DNA of 64,000 bases from positions 18,792-82,791 of the IMG/VR virus record IMGVR_UViG_3300021960_000048, one strand, 5' to 3'. Shown here piece after piece: positions 30,685-40,312 of this stretch. The number at the start of each line of letters is the position of its first letter. Within the stretch, counting starts at the first letter, position 1. A program made the translations under genes and the position numbers. The notes below the pieces were generated by a model. It worked only from the letters and a program-made list of their open reading frames with translations, ran no database searches and was not told the origin of the DNA. The stretch comes from a virus.

Positions 30685-31749
30685 TCAGACTGTGTTGATT
30701 CCAACAACTTCGCATATTGCTTCGCCGTATCTTACTGCGAATGCAACGTCTTGCTTTGGTATTAGAATGAACCTGTCTTTGGTTGGTTCGTCGTGGAAAC
30801 CTATGCTGAATCTTCTTTCAGCAACGGTTGAATTACCTACGATTGGGCTTCTGATGTGAGTCAAGATAGCACTTGTGTAAGTAGATGAAGAACCTGCGTC
30901 AGATGTACCATCTAATGCTTGGTTAACAGGGATAACACCAGTAGCGAACACACGGATTCCGTAGATTCGTCCTACTTCTCCGTTAAGGATAGTAGCCGCT
31001 GGTCCGTATTTGTCGACTGTCTGGAGTTCAGTTAATCCGAGCAGTTGAACTTCGAGGTTTCTAGGTACTATGAATGCTAAGTCCTCTCTGTTGTCTGCGT
31101 AGACACCAAGGTTGGAGATAGCACTTCTCATGTGAGATAGAGCGAATGTTCCGCTTACTGTTACATCAGATGCAGCAGCACTCTTTCTGATTCCGTCGAA
31201 TACTAATAGGTAATCGTTCTTCTCAGAGCCAGATGTTGTGCTTATTCCACCAGTGTTAGTAGATGCGTTGTAAGCACCCATGATGTTGTCAGCCAATGTG
31301 GATTCAGTGTCAGCGTTTAGGAACAAGTTTGCTTCGTTAAATGCTAAACGAGAAGCAATGTCCTCACGTAGAACTGAAAGTAATCCCTCTACACCGTATG
31401 CTACTAGGTAGTTTCCGATTGGGATGTTTGCCATCATAGTCTTAAGTTCCAAACTGATTTCGTTTGTTGCTTGACGGCTCTCTGTAGGTGTATCACCAGA
31501 CTCGGTGTTTGTAAGAGTCTGTTGGTGAAAGTCAATACTGCCAGTTAACTTTGGCACTTTCACAATTCTTCGGCTCATTGGCATGGCAGGGAGTAAACTT
31601 CTCATGAAGTTTCTCTCATAAACCAATTCAATGATTTCTTCGGCGGTCTCTGTCGGTAGGAATGTCGCACCAGTAGAGGAAGCCGCACCTGCTAGAGCAG
31701 CCTTTACTCTCTCTACGACATCCGTAAACTCAATTTCTTCTGTTGTCAT
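30685..31749 (-). CDS. Major capsid protein (HK97 fold)
   Basis: GATFLPTETAEEIIELV, LREDIASRLAFNEANLFLNAD, VGRIYGIRV patterns; follows prohead protease. Confidence 0.92.
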   Translation of the reverse strand: MTTEEIEFTDVVERVKAALAGAASSTGATFLPTETAEEIIELVYERNFMRSLLPAMPMSRRIVKVPKLTGSIDFHQQTLTNTESGDTPTESRQATNEISLELKTMMANIPIGNYLVAYGVEGLLSVLREDIASRLAFNEANLFLNADTESTLADNIMGAYNASTNTGGISTTSGSEKNDYLLVFDGIRKSAAASDVTVSGTFALSHMRSAISNLGVYADNREDLAFIVPRNLEVQLLGLTELQTVDKYGPAATILNGEVGRIYGIRVFATGVIPVNQALDGTSDAGSSSTYTSAILTHIRSPIVGNSTVAERRFSIGFHDEPTKDRFILIPKQDVAFAVRYGEAICEVVGINTV

Positions 31750-31778
31750 ATCTTTTCACTTCCTATTTAATTTGGGTT

Positions 31779-33425
31779 TCAGACCCCACTCCTATCTTCT
31801 AAACGTGCTGATAACCAGCCCGCTAAACCGACCATGCCCGGAGACACGTTTGGTTGGGGGTCGAACTTTGTTACACCAGTCTTTTTCTTTGGTGTTGTTT
31901 CATCAGCAACAAGCGACTTACGTGCCGCCTTTGCTTTTGGGGTTGAGATAGGTAAATCACTTACCACATCTGCTAATCTCTTAGAAACTTCTGCCTCAAT
32001 TTCTGCTTCTTTCTCAGCAGCGGCTTTCTCTTCTGTTAGAGATAGGATTGTTTGTTCTTTCTCTGCAAGTAATGATTTCAGAGATTCTTGCTCGTCTAAC
32101 ATTGTAGACATGTTGTTGACTGTTTGGTCCATGTCTGCTAATGCTTTTACAACTTGCATTAAAACTTCAACTGTTGAAGGTAGGTCAGATTTTTCTTCTA
32201 ACTCTTCTTCAACTTCTTCTTCGAGGTCGTCGTCTGCTTCTTCAACTTCTTCTTCAAGAACTTCTTCTGCTTCTTCTAAGACTTCCTCATCATCTTCGGT
32301 CTCGTCCTCGGACTTTACTACTGTCTCTTCAACAGGCGCAACTGTCTCGATAGGATTCTCTTCTGCGTCCTCAAGGATAGATTTTTCCTCAAGTTCGTCG
32401 TCTGTTATCTCGATGTCCTCAGCGGTCATTGAACTATTGGATGACACAACGGGGGTATTAAGCAAATCGCTTGGCAAACCTTTCTCTTCAAAAGCCTCTA
32501 GGGTTGCTTCAAGTATAGATAATCGGTCAACCAATGCCGATAAAATAGATTTCATCTCATCATCATCTTCGTCATGATAACTTGCATCTTCCATATCTTC
32601 TGCCTTGGCGTATGTAAGATAGTAGTTGCTGTCATCTTCCTCGATAGCAACTATGTGTTTCTCTTCAACTTCGGTTTGTTTATTGTCGCAAGTGCAACTT
32701 GAACCGCCATCACATGACTTCTCTTCACTACGTAACACCGTAGCATGAACCTTTGGTTTAACCTCAAACTGAGAATATTTGTTTGAATCGTAAACTTCGT
32801 CGATGCTAAAATCGACATTTGCTATATCTGAACTAAGGAGCGACTTCTCTACGGAAAATAATGCACCGGGTGAAGCGGGTACATCAACAACCGAAGTTTC
32901 TAACCATTCAATATCTGTGAACTTCATGTAGCATGAATCTTCATCCTTACATTCTTTTACAGCCGCTTTAGCAATAAAGCCAATTGAGAATGCTCTCAAC
33001 ATACCTTTGCGAATCTTTCTAGTAATATCTTTCTCACCGTTATCAATACGTGCTACACCTATTGGTACAGAGACGGTTGTTCCATCCGGTTTCTTGAATG
33101 AACCCATTTGCACATCTTCCATAACACCAATGACACCGTATGTCTTAGAATGGTTGTATAATATAACTGGGTTCTTTCGATAGCCTTCCCATGCTTCTAT
33201 GATTGCATCATTGTCTACCAATTCATTGTGTCTATCTAGCATATCGTCGTCTCCGACATATACTGGTCCTTTGATTCGTACGTCAGAATCTTTGTCGTCG
33301 TGTACTCCTTTCATAGTTACGAAAGGTGTCTCTACACGATAGAGAATTACCGCTTCGGATTCATCTCCTTCTAGTGAGTCAAAGAGCCTGTGGTCTCGAA
33401 TCAGCGTTGCCGATAACGTGTCCAT
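31779..33425 (-). CDS. Prohead protease fused to acidic coiled-coil scaffold
   Basis: DRHNELV, ILYNH, LRAFSIGF, LETSVVDVPA (HK97 protease); E/D-rich C-terminal half. Confidence 0.9.
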   Translation of the reverse strand: MDTLSATLIRDHRLFDSLEGDESEAVILYRVETPFVTMKGVHDDKDSDVRIKGPVYVGDDDMLDRHNELVDNDAIIEAWEGYRKNPVILYNHSKTYGVIGVMEDVQMGSFKKPDGTTVSVPIGVARIDNGEKDITRKIRKGMLRAFSIGFIAKAAVKECKDEDSCYMKFTDIEWLETSVVDVPASPGALFSVEKSLLSSDIANVDFSIDEVYDSNKYSQFEVKPKVHATVLRSEEKSCDGGSSCTCDNKQTEVEEKHIVAIEEDDSNYYLTYAKAEDMEDASYHDEDDDEMKSILSALVDRLSILEATLEAFEEKGLPSDLLNTPVVSSNSSMTAEDIEITDDELEEKSILEDAEENPIETVAPVEETVVKSEDETEDDEEVLEEAEEVLEEEVEEADDDLEEEVEEELEEKSDLPSTVEVLMQVVKALADMDQTVNNMSTMLDEQESLKSLLAEKEQTILSLTEEKAAAEKEAEIEAEVSKRLADVVSDLPISTPKAKAARKSLVADETTPKKKTGVTKFDPQPNVSPGMVGLAGWLSARLEDRSGV

Positions 33426-33471
33426 GTTTCAGCGGTAGGACATGTCATGGTTAATGAGTATTAACTTTTGA

Positions 33472-33633
33472 TTAATGCTCCATGAAACCCGTACTTGGTG
33501 AAGCACAAGTGGAATAACATTCCCTACATATGAATGTAAAGTAAGTTACTCCTTCAAACACTTCTGATACGTTCCTAACTATGTTAAACTGGTTGCTGTT
33601 GCATTCTGGTTGGCTGCATGCTATAATTGTCAT
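33472..33633 (-). CDS. Stand-alone cassette gene 6, 53-aa Zn-ribbon microprotein (not in ORF track)
   Basis: MTIIACSQPECNSNQF...TFICRECYSTC...; TTATATA 21 nt upstream, second TATA 16 bp further. Confidence 0.7.
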   Translation of the reverse strand: MTIIACSQPECNSNQFNIVRNVSEVFEGVTYFTFICRECYSTCASPSTGFMEH

Positions 33634-33674
33634 GATTGGCGGTAGGGGTATAGGTATATAACATTTACCCTATA

Positions 33675-34631
33675 TCACTTACGAAGTCTTGCTTTCTCAT
33701 CAGAGATTACTTTTCTCATATGTGAGAGACCTCTGCTACCAACCATTAACCATTTGACTTGAGCAATCACACCTGCAAGTCTGAAATCCTTGTAGTGCCT
33801 AGCCGACCATGCTTCTCTGAGACGGACGGCCTTCTCATCTGTTGGAGTCTTGGCTTCTCCCATTTGACTATGGACTTTTGATAATCGAGTAAATTGTGTA
33901 TTACCTAGAATGTTCCCACCCCTTTTCCATATCTGAGGCCATTCCTCTTTCAACTTCTGAGCCTCGGCAAGAGGGAATTGGTCGTACTCAGAATTACGTA
34001 GGCTCACCTTCTTATCATCTCCCCTCTTTGGAAAATTAGTCTTAGGTGCTTTCTCTACTACCTGCTTACTCTTAGAAGATTGAGGATGCCCTGCGGGTAG
34101 TAAGTCGGTGTCATGCTTGCCGCCTCTAAATCTACCATTGCGTAAAACATAGAGAAAAGAATTGACTCTAGCATACGCCCATTGTTCAGCCGAAGTTACG
34201 GTTGGACGAACGCTGCCGGGATTTGTTTGATATGCACCAACACCTCGGTCAAACACGGCACTCAACGTACGGACGTTGGTTCTCTTACTTGCCACGTTTC
34301 CAACATCTGCGTTATGTTTCTCTGCTTTTTCTTTGAGAGTTTTCTTTACAGCAGCACTGGCTTTTTGCTCACCTTTTGTTTCTGGTTTCTTTATCTTACG
34401 GAGCATCTTAGTTCTAACTGCAACTCTTCTATCGGACCGGGTATAAGTTCCATCTTCGTTATTGACGTACACCCTTACAATACCAACTGTTTCGCTAGAA
34501 CTTGCTTCGATTGTTTCAGTACCACCACTTGAAGTAACAACTTGGTGTTTACCTGCATTATTTACAGACTCGACCTGTCCAACATACCTACCTTTTCGTG
34601 TAGCCCAACTTACATAATCTCCTTTATTCAT
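33675..34631 (-). CDS. Basic head-module protein with N-terminal Tudor/SH3-like domain
   Basis: KGDYVSW..GQVESV; located between portal and protease. Confidence 0.5.
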   Translation of the reverse strand: MNKGDYVSWATRKGRYVGQVESVNNAGKHQVVTSSGGTETIEASSSETVGIVRVYVNNEDGTYTRSDRRVAVRTKMLRKIKKPETKGEQKASAAVKKTLKEKAEKHNADVGNVASKRTNVRTLSAVFDRGVGAYQTNPGSVRPTVTSAEQWAYARVNSFLYVLRNGRFRGGKHDTDLLPAGHPQSSKSKQVVEKAPKTNFPKRGDDKKVSLRNSEYDQFPLAEAQKLKEEWPQIWKRGGNILGNTQFTRLSKVHSQMGEAKTPTDEKAVRLREAWSARHYKDFRLAGVIAQVKWLMVGSRGLSHMRKVISDEKARLRK

Positions 34632-35059
34632 GGTAAATACACCTTCTTTATTGATTCCTTAACTGCTTTACTTACTCCTTTACTACCCATTTTGCTACGT
34701 TTATTCTTCATAGCAACTGCGTCAACTGCGGGACGTAGATACGGCCTAGGTGCAAATGGAGCATACTCGAATCGTCCAAACTCAACTACACTTGCGTATC
34801 TTACCTTTGTGTTACCGAATCTAACTTCCATTGCTCTCCTGTATTTTGATATTGCTCTCTTACTTCTTACCACTCTTCCAGAGTTTTTGAGAGCCGATGT
34901 CTGGACCGGAACTAACTGTTGAGCAATTCTAAGAATCTCCTTAGCAACCTTCTCCGTGTAAGGTTCGCTGAAACTTTCGTTGATGTGAGCGCCGAGATAA
35001 TTGAAATCGTATGCTGCTTTGAAAAACGCATTACCATCAACAGTTGCATACTTCGGCAT
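34628..35059 (-). CDS. HK97 gp10-like neck/morphogenesis protein
   Basis: AQQLVPVQTSALKNS..YASVVEFG..PRPYLRPA. Confidence 0.8.
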   Translation of the reverse strand: MPKYATVDGNAFFKAAYDFNYLGAHINESFSEPYTEKVAKEILRIAQQLVPVQTSALKNSGRVVRSKRAISKYRRAMEVRFGNTKVRYASVVEFGRFEYAPFAPRPYLRPAVDAVAMKNKRSKMGSKGVSKAVKESIKKVYLP

Positions 35060-36516
35060 TATTCCTCATTCTCCAGTCCAAGTAAACGATATTCAAGAAG
35101 TTCGTCCATACCAAAGACTATGCCTTCTTCAACCAGATTCTCTGCCGCTTCTTCAACTGATTCGGGTTCTTCACCTTCCCCATCTTCAACCTTGCCTTTG
35201 TTAATTGCTAACTTAGGTGATAGGAAGAATGGGTCGTTTGCTTCTTCCTTGTCTAGTAATGGCGCAAGTCCTAATACTTCTCTTGCTTCATTGATACTGA
35301 TTGCCGACTCTTGTCTTAGGTTGGAAATTGCTTGTGAGCGTAGACGGAAAGTGTCTGCTCTCTCTGATTCACGTGATGGTCTAATTGTATTGAAATGTAT
35401 TTTCCAATCTGTTACTTCTAGTAACGGTAATAGTTTATTGTTGATAGCCGAAGATACTCTATGATGGTAAGACTCGACTACATCATACCAAGCATCTAAT
35501 TGTTGTTCGGGGTTAGACATCTTACCTGTCTGAACCCATCCAAGTTTCATTGGTGGAATACCGAACACTGCACATATCTCTTCACGGTAGTAGTATAGTA
35601 AATCCAACTGCTGTCCTTCTTTAGTTGAATCAATAAGCCTGTGCATATTGAAACCCGAACCGCCGTTGATTGCTACAAGTCCGAATGGAGACTTACCTGC
35701 TGTCAATTGTTGTTCTAGTAAACCTAGCATTGCCTTCATTTCAGAATTGCTTATGTCTCCAACATTAAGTATCGTCTTAGGTAGAGTTCCAGTGAACATC
35801 TCGTTTAGGTAGTTGCTGAGATTCATTTGACCTGCAATTGTATTCAACAATGGTATCAATGGCGAAGTTCCGTAGCCTCGCCCTTGTTTGAACTTCGAGA
35901 TATGAAGAATCTTGTTTGAAGCGAACCTACGCTTCTCCTTTCTTATCTCTTGAATGTAAGCCATTTCTGGTGGCTCTGGTCTTTGATTGCCGGGTAATAA
36001 TCTCATTGTTTCAGCAGGTACAGGCCACACACTTACTAAGTTCCCACCGTAAACCCAGTCCTCTCCGTTGGCGCTACTCTCATCATCGTCGCCATCTAAC
36101 TCAAGGTATGAGTCTCCGAATAATGCTAAGTCGTAGACTAAAGATTCTAGCCATTCATCACCCATGTCATCGGGGTTAGGTGTTCGGAAAAAATCATGCA
36201 ACCTTTGTAATTGTTCTTCATTGCCTTCTTCTACTCCAGACATAAGTCTGAACTCATAACCATTGGCTAACACGTCATCTACGGTTCTTCGTAGAATAGC
36301 ATTGACGACTTCCGATTTCAGAGAAATATCTCGCAGTAAATGATATGAAATCTGTGTGTTCGCTCCACTTGCCGCCGCTTTCTTTGCTGAGACTGTTGCT
36401 ATCTTAGATAAAGACGCTAGACTTTTAGCGTCCCAAGGGATGTCATTCCTTACAGGTTTGACCTCTTTATTCTCCCGTCGACGAAAGAAATTGAAACGTC
36501 TGCGTTCCTCTGCCAT
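35059..36516 (-). CDS. Portal protein (HK97-like)
   Basis: FRTPNP, LALFGDSY, GYGTSPL, REEICAVFGIPP, SINEAREVLGL. Confidence 0.93.
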   Translation of the reverse strand: MAEERRRFNFFRRRENKEVKPVRNDIPWDAKSLASLSKIATVSAKKAAASGANTQISYHLLRDISLKSEVVNAILRRTVDDVLANGYEFRLMSGVEEGNEEQLQRLHDFFRTPNPDDMGDEWLESLVYDLALFGDSYLELDGDDDESSANGEDWVYGGNLVSVWPVPAETMRLLPGNQRPEPPEMAYIQEIRKEKRRFASNKILHISKFKQGRGYGTSPLIPLLNTIAGQMNLSNYLNEMFTGTLPKTILNVGDISNSEMKAMLGLLEQQLTAGKSPFGLVAINGGSGFNMHRLIDSTKEGQQLDLLYYYREEICAVFGIPPMKLGWVQTGKMSNPEQQLDAWYDVVESYHHRVSSAINNKLLPLLEVTDWKIHFNTIRPSRESERADTFRLRSQAISNLRQESAISINEAREVLGLAPLLDKEEANDPFFLSPKLAINKGKVEDGEGEEPESVEEAAENLVEEGIVFGMDELLEYRLLGLENEE

Positions 36517-36657
36517 GTCGTACCCTCATAGGTGGTGGGTTTTTACGTTGTCGTATCGAGTTCAAGTTCTTTAACTTTACAACAAACACAATGTTCGTCA
36601 TGCGGTAAACTCAACTGAGAGCAAGTATTCACTGGACCATTCAAGCAATATTTGAAA

Positions 36658-36906
36658 TCAGTCTTTATTGTCATCTTGTTTCTTCTCTTTTGCCTCTTCG
36701 ATGATTTCTTCTACATCTTCTTTGGCTTGTTCCACTTTCTCAACGCCTTCTTCTACTGCATCTAGGACTTCTCCTAAACTCAGTTTGCCGTCAGCCATTA
36801 GAGTCTGATACTTACGTAGACCCCATATAGCAAGTGGTATTAGAACCGCTACGACTGCTAAACCCATTAGTAAATCGTCTGTAGTCAGTCCTTCGAGCAT
36901 GACCAA
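36658..36906 (-). CDS. Small single-TM membrane protein
   Basis: Hydrophobic LLMGLAVVAVLIPLAIWGL followed by an acidic helix. Confidence 0.65.
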   Translation of the reverse strand: MVMLEGLTTDDLLMGLAVVAVLIPLAIWGLRKYQTLMADGKLSLGEVLDAVEEGVEKVEQAKEDVEEIIEEAKEKKQDDNKD

Positions 36907-36932
36907 AGGGGGGAGAACATCGTTAATAACGG

Positions 36933-37550
36933 TTACTCGGACTTCTTATCGGTCTTTTTTGCTACTGGTTTCTTGTCTACTGGCTTTGCTCCAGTTGCTA
37001 TTGAGTTAGTTCCAGTTACACCGAATGCTTCCATGTTTAATTCGTGTGCTTTAGACATCCTCTCGATTTCTAAATCGTGCTGTAGTTTTAGTTGCTCTAG
37101 TAAACGCACGTGTGCTTTCTCTGCTTCTGCTGAATCAACTTCACTTTGTAGTTGGTCTGGTAGAATGTTTATCTTTGCTCCTTCTTTACCTTTGAATAAG
37201 TCAAGAACAGATGTAATGATAAGAAGTGCTGGACCGCCTAATAGACCAATAACTGTTAGTTGTGAGTCTGAAATCTCACGTTGCTCTACTATACTAAAGT
37301 AAGATGCGGTGGCTGCTATAACTACCCAAGCCAGTACAACACCCATACCGAATGTCAACATAAGTTTCTCATTAGGATTCGACATTCTCATTGCCATCGG
37401 TTTATATGAGCGAAAGAGGCGGTATTTGAGGGTAGTTGTGAAAAAGTATATAAGCCGCCATCCCATATAGGTAGTGGTTGTGAGTAGGGCGGCGAGCATA
37501 ATCAACAAAGATAGTGTTCCTAATGCTATCATTTCCATAGCCTCGCCCAT
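36933..37550 (-). CDS. Multi-TM membrane protein, holin-like candidate (start uncertain)
   Basis: 2-3 hydrophobic helices, then coiled coil and a Lys-rich tail. Confidence 0.55.
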   Translation of the reverse strand: MGEAMEMIALGTLSLLIMLAALLTTTTYMGWRLIYFFTTTLKYRLFRSYKPMAMRMSNPNEKLMLTFGMGVVLAWVVIAATASYFSIVEQREISDSQLTVIGLLGGPALLIITSVLDLFKGKEGAKINILPDQLQSEVDSAEAEKAHVRLLEQLKLQHDLEIERMSKAHELNMEAFGVTGTNSIATGAKPVDKKPVAKKTDKKSE

Positions 37551-37660
37551 AAGAAATTAAGAGCATGGTTAAGCATTTGCGTAGCCGACATTATACCGAA
37601 GCAAAGCATGACAACAAAGACACCCATTCCACATGCTGAAATTAAATCGTTTATTGTCAT
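37529..37660 (-). CDS. 43-aa hydrophobic peptide (not in ORF track)
   Basis: MTINDLISACGMGVFVVMLCFGIMSATQMLNHALNFLWARLWK, fills the gap between neighbours. Confidence 0.45.
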   Translation of the reverse strand: MTINDLISACGMGVFVVMLCFGIMSATQMLNHALNFLWARLWK

Positions 37661-37661
37661 A

Positions 37662-37901
37662 TCACATCAACATCGGTAAGCCAGACGTAGCAACTATCGC
37701 AGCAAGTAGATACATGCCATATCTCTTAAGCAAGTCCTTTATTTCTTTAACGAATCCTTCTACACTTGTTAACCGTTGGTCGATTGATTGTACTTCTAAT
37801 TTCATAGAAGCCATGTCTTTCTCAACATGATGAAGATGATTGTCTCTGATTGTTCTAACATCTTCTACTAAGACCTTAATCAATTCAGATTGGTCATCCA
37901 T
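37662..37901 (-). CDS. Coiled-coil protein with C-terminal TM helix
   Basis: IRDNHLHHVEKDM coiled coil plus YGMYLLAAIVATSGLPMLM. Confidence 0.65.
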   Translation of the reverse strand: MDDQSELIKVLVEDVRTIRDNHLHHVEKDMASMKLEVQSIDQRLTSVEGFVKEIKDLLKRYGMYLLAAIVATSGLPMLM

Positions 37902-37934
37902 GTCGATAGCCCTATACTATCTAGTTATTGACGA

Positions 37935-39461
37935 TTAACCCCCGAATACTCTTATCTCTGGCATCCCTATGTCCTCTACTAACTCTGCTGCAAGCCTAGC
38001 ATATAGTAAAGCGTGGAATGCGTGGTCGTCTCCATCTCGTCCATATTTTGTAAGTTTTTGACCTCGCACTGGTCGAGTATCTTTCTCATCTTTTTCTGCT
38101 GATGAATTGAGAGAACACCATTCATGTAGAACCCATTCAAATGAAGTATCTGCGTAGGGTAAGTGAATCTCATTATTTTTTATCGCCTCAATTGTTTCTT
38201 CAACGTAAGTTGTTCTATCAACAACTAACATATAGATTAGATTTCGATTATTGTCTCGCCTCTTATATTCAAACGGAGTCATAGGCCGAGATGAATAATA
38301 ACACGAACGTACACGCTCGCCAAACTCTGCTTGTAGTTCCTTCACCTGTCTTGCTCCATACCCTATGTCTGCGACCACTTGCGTACAGTTGTAGCGTAGC
38401 ATTAGGTCTTTGATGACCGCTACCTCATCGAACTCATTGTCGGCCTTAGAATCGAGTTTTAGACAATTCAAAATCGTACCGTCTTTCTTCATGATAACGA
38501 CTGTTGTTTCATTACCCCAGTCCACACCCATAACAGATTCTTCGGGGGGTGTCAATCCTTTGAGATTCTTTTCTAGTTGCGGTCGGGCCGCTTGTAAAAC
38601 GACATCGAATGTAAGGGGCTTCGTAGAACCTGCGAAGAACTCGCCCAGAACCTCGTTTGCGAATCGTCGTGGAGTGTAGGTGTTTCGTTTGTATTCTATT
38701 TCTTCGGGGTCAATATCGGGGTGCATCTTTTGACTGATATGATAACCAATAATATCTGATTCTCCATGAACCCACTTCTCGCCATCCCACTCACCTTTAG
38801 TTGATTTCTCCCATAGTTTCCAAAACTCTGAACCCTGCTCACGGGCAGTTCCACTTACTACAACCCACTTGTATTCAGACTGAGCAAGCATCTCAATTAG
38901 CATTGGCAAAACATCAGCGTCAGAGTCTTGGTATTCGTCCACACAACATAGGTCAGCCTCAACCCCAAGTAACGCATGTGCGTCGCCCCAGTTAGAGTAA
39001 GCATAGAAATGATTCAGAGAACGCGCTCCAACATCAAATGTTTGATGACTTACAGATTGTTTTACTCTCGACTTCATTAGACAACCGTGATTGATGGACG
39101 ACATTAACGCACCATTGAATCTCTCATCTACGAATCTCGTTACCTGTGGTTGTCTCGGTGCGGTATAGACGGCGTTGAAGTATGGTATGTTCATCAGTCC
39201 ATACATTAAGAGATTACAAATCGTTTCAGTTTTCTCAACCTTACGACTACACTTCAAGACTATCATTTTTGTTTTTCTTGATTTCTGAGTTGCACCAAAG
39301 TGTCGGTATATCTCAATTAGATATGGTCGCTCATGTAACATGAATGCCTTACCATCTATGGTTCGGAAATACTGAGACCAACGGTCTGGATAGAGAGCAA
39401 TATCCCTAGCCTGTTCGGGAGTCAGTTTGCCGCCCGTATAGTCGTGTGTGTCCACGTCCAT
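37935..39461 (-). CDS. terL: Terminase large subunit
   Basis: Walker A variant KCSRKVEKTE, Walker B CCVDE, SGT, nuclease GVDWG, VVADIG, DDHAFHA. Confidence 0.9.
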   Translation of the reverse strand: MDVDTHDYTGGKLTPEQARDIALYPDRWSQYFRTIDGKAFMLHERPYLIEIYRHFGATQKSRKTKMIVLKCSRKVEKTETICNLLMYGLMNIPYFNAVYTAPRQPQVTRFVDERFNGALMSSINHGCLMKSRVKQSVSHQTFDVGARSLNHFYAYSNWGDAHALLGVEADLCCVDEYQDSDADVLPMLIEMLAQSEYKWVVVSGTAREQGSEFWKLWEKSTKGEWDGEKWVHGESDIIGYHISQKMHPDIDPEEIEYKRNTYTPRRFANEVLGEFFAGSTKPLTFDVVLQAARPQLEKNLKGLTPPEESVMGVDWGNETTVVIMKKDGTILNCLKLDSKADNEFDEVAVIKDLMLRYNCTQVVADIGYGARQVKELQAEFGERVRSCYYSSRPMTPFEYKRRDNNRNLIYMLVVDRTTYVEETIEAIKNNEIHLPYADTSFEWVLHEWCSLNSSAEKDEKDTRPVRGQKLTKYGRDGDDHAFHALLYARLAAELVEDIGMPEIRVFGG

Positions 39462-39496
39462 ACAGGGGTCAGCCCACTACACGGCACTTAACGGTT

Positions 39497-40279
39497 CTAA
39501 GCCCTTTGAATGGTGCTGTGTTGGTCAACCCATTCCTCGGCAGTCCTTCGGTCAGAGAAGGTCATAATGACTCCACCAGTGTCGTTGTCAACTACGTTCC
39601 ATTCGCCGCCAGTTGTTTCAAGAATGTCAGCATTTACTTTTTCGTACTGTGCTTCTTGAACTACCCTTGCTGTTTTGGTAGACCAAGGCAAACCCCAGTT
39701 CTTCGCACATGTTGGACCGTAGCCGTGAGCGGTACTCTCTTCGGTTTTCAAAGCCTTGTGGCAGAAGCAGCAGTTTCCAGTTTTTGCACCGTAGTCTCTA
39801 GCCGCATTTACTGGGTCGTTGTTTAACAATGTAAGGAACTTGGTAAACAAAGCCTCGTCATTTTCACTGGTTGAGCGAGCAAAAGATAGTCCACCCTGCG
39901 GTGAAACTTTTCCGATGTAGTCCTCGTTCATAGTGCGGATTGCTTTCAGATAAATGCTGCCGGGATTTCTGCCACTAGCAGGGGCTAAGGAAATACATAG
40001 GTCAGTGTAAGCAGATACAGAGAAAGTTACTTTTGGATATTTGAGTTTCTCACCTGCTCGACTTAGCAAAGCGACCATAGGAGCGTAAGGACCTTCGACT
40101 ATTGGCTGTGGACTAGAATAGTCGTGGATTCTTTGAAGAATGTTGAGTTGCTTTGGAGACATTCTTCGTCCCTTGTCTAGTTGCTCTTGACAAGATGAGA
40201 CAAAGGATTTCTCCCAGTCATTCTTGGCGTTCTCGGTTGCTTTCTTGATTAGAACTGTGGTTTCCATTGTTGCGTTCAT
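39497..40279 (-). CDS. Stand-alone cassette gene 7, with C-terminal CCFC..GYGPTC Zn finger (DUF6011-like)
   Basis: TTATATA 22 nt upstream (40302-40308); CCFCHKALKTEESTAHGYGPTCA. Confidence 0.75.
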   Translation of the reverse strand: MNATMETTVLIKKATENAKNDWEKSFVSSCQEQLDKGRRMSPKQLNILQRIHDYSSPQPIVEGPYAPMVALLSRAGEKLKYPKVTFSVSAYTDLCISLAPASGRNPGSIYLKAIRTMNEDYIGKVSPQGGLSFARSTSENDEALFTKFLTLLNNDPVNAARDYGAKTGNCCFCHKALKTEESTAHGYGPTCAKNWGLPWSTKTARVVQEAQYEKVNADILETTGGEWNVVDNDTGGVIMTFSDRRTAEEWVDQHSTIQRA

Positions 40280-40312
40280 GTTATACCGTAGGGGCTAGGG
40301 GTATATAACAAT

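Noticed and set aside
31834-32577. 247-aa Ser-rich plus-strand ORF
   Set aside because: Mirror of the Glu-rich scaffold codons on the minus strand.
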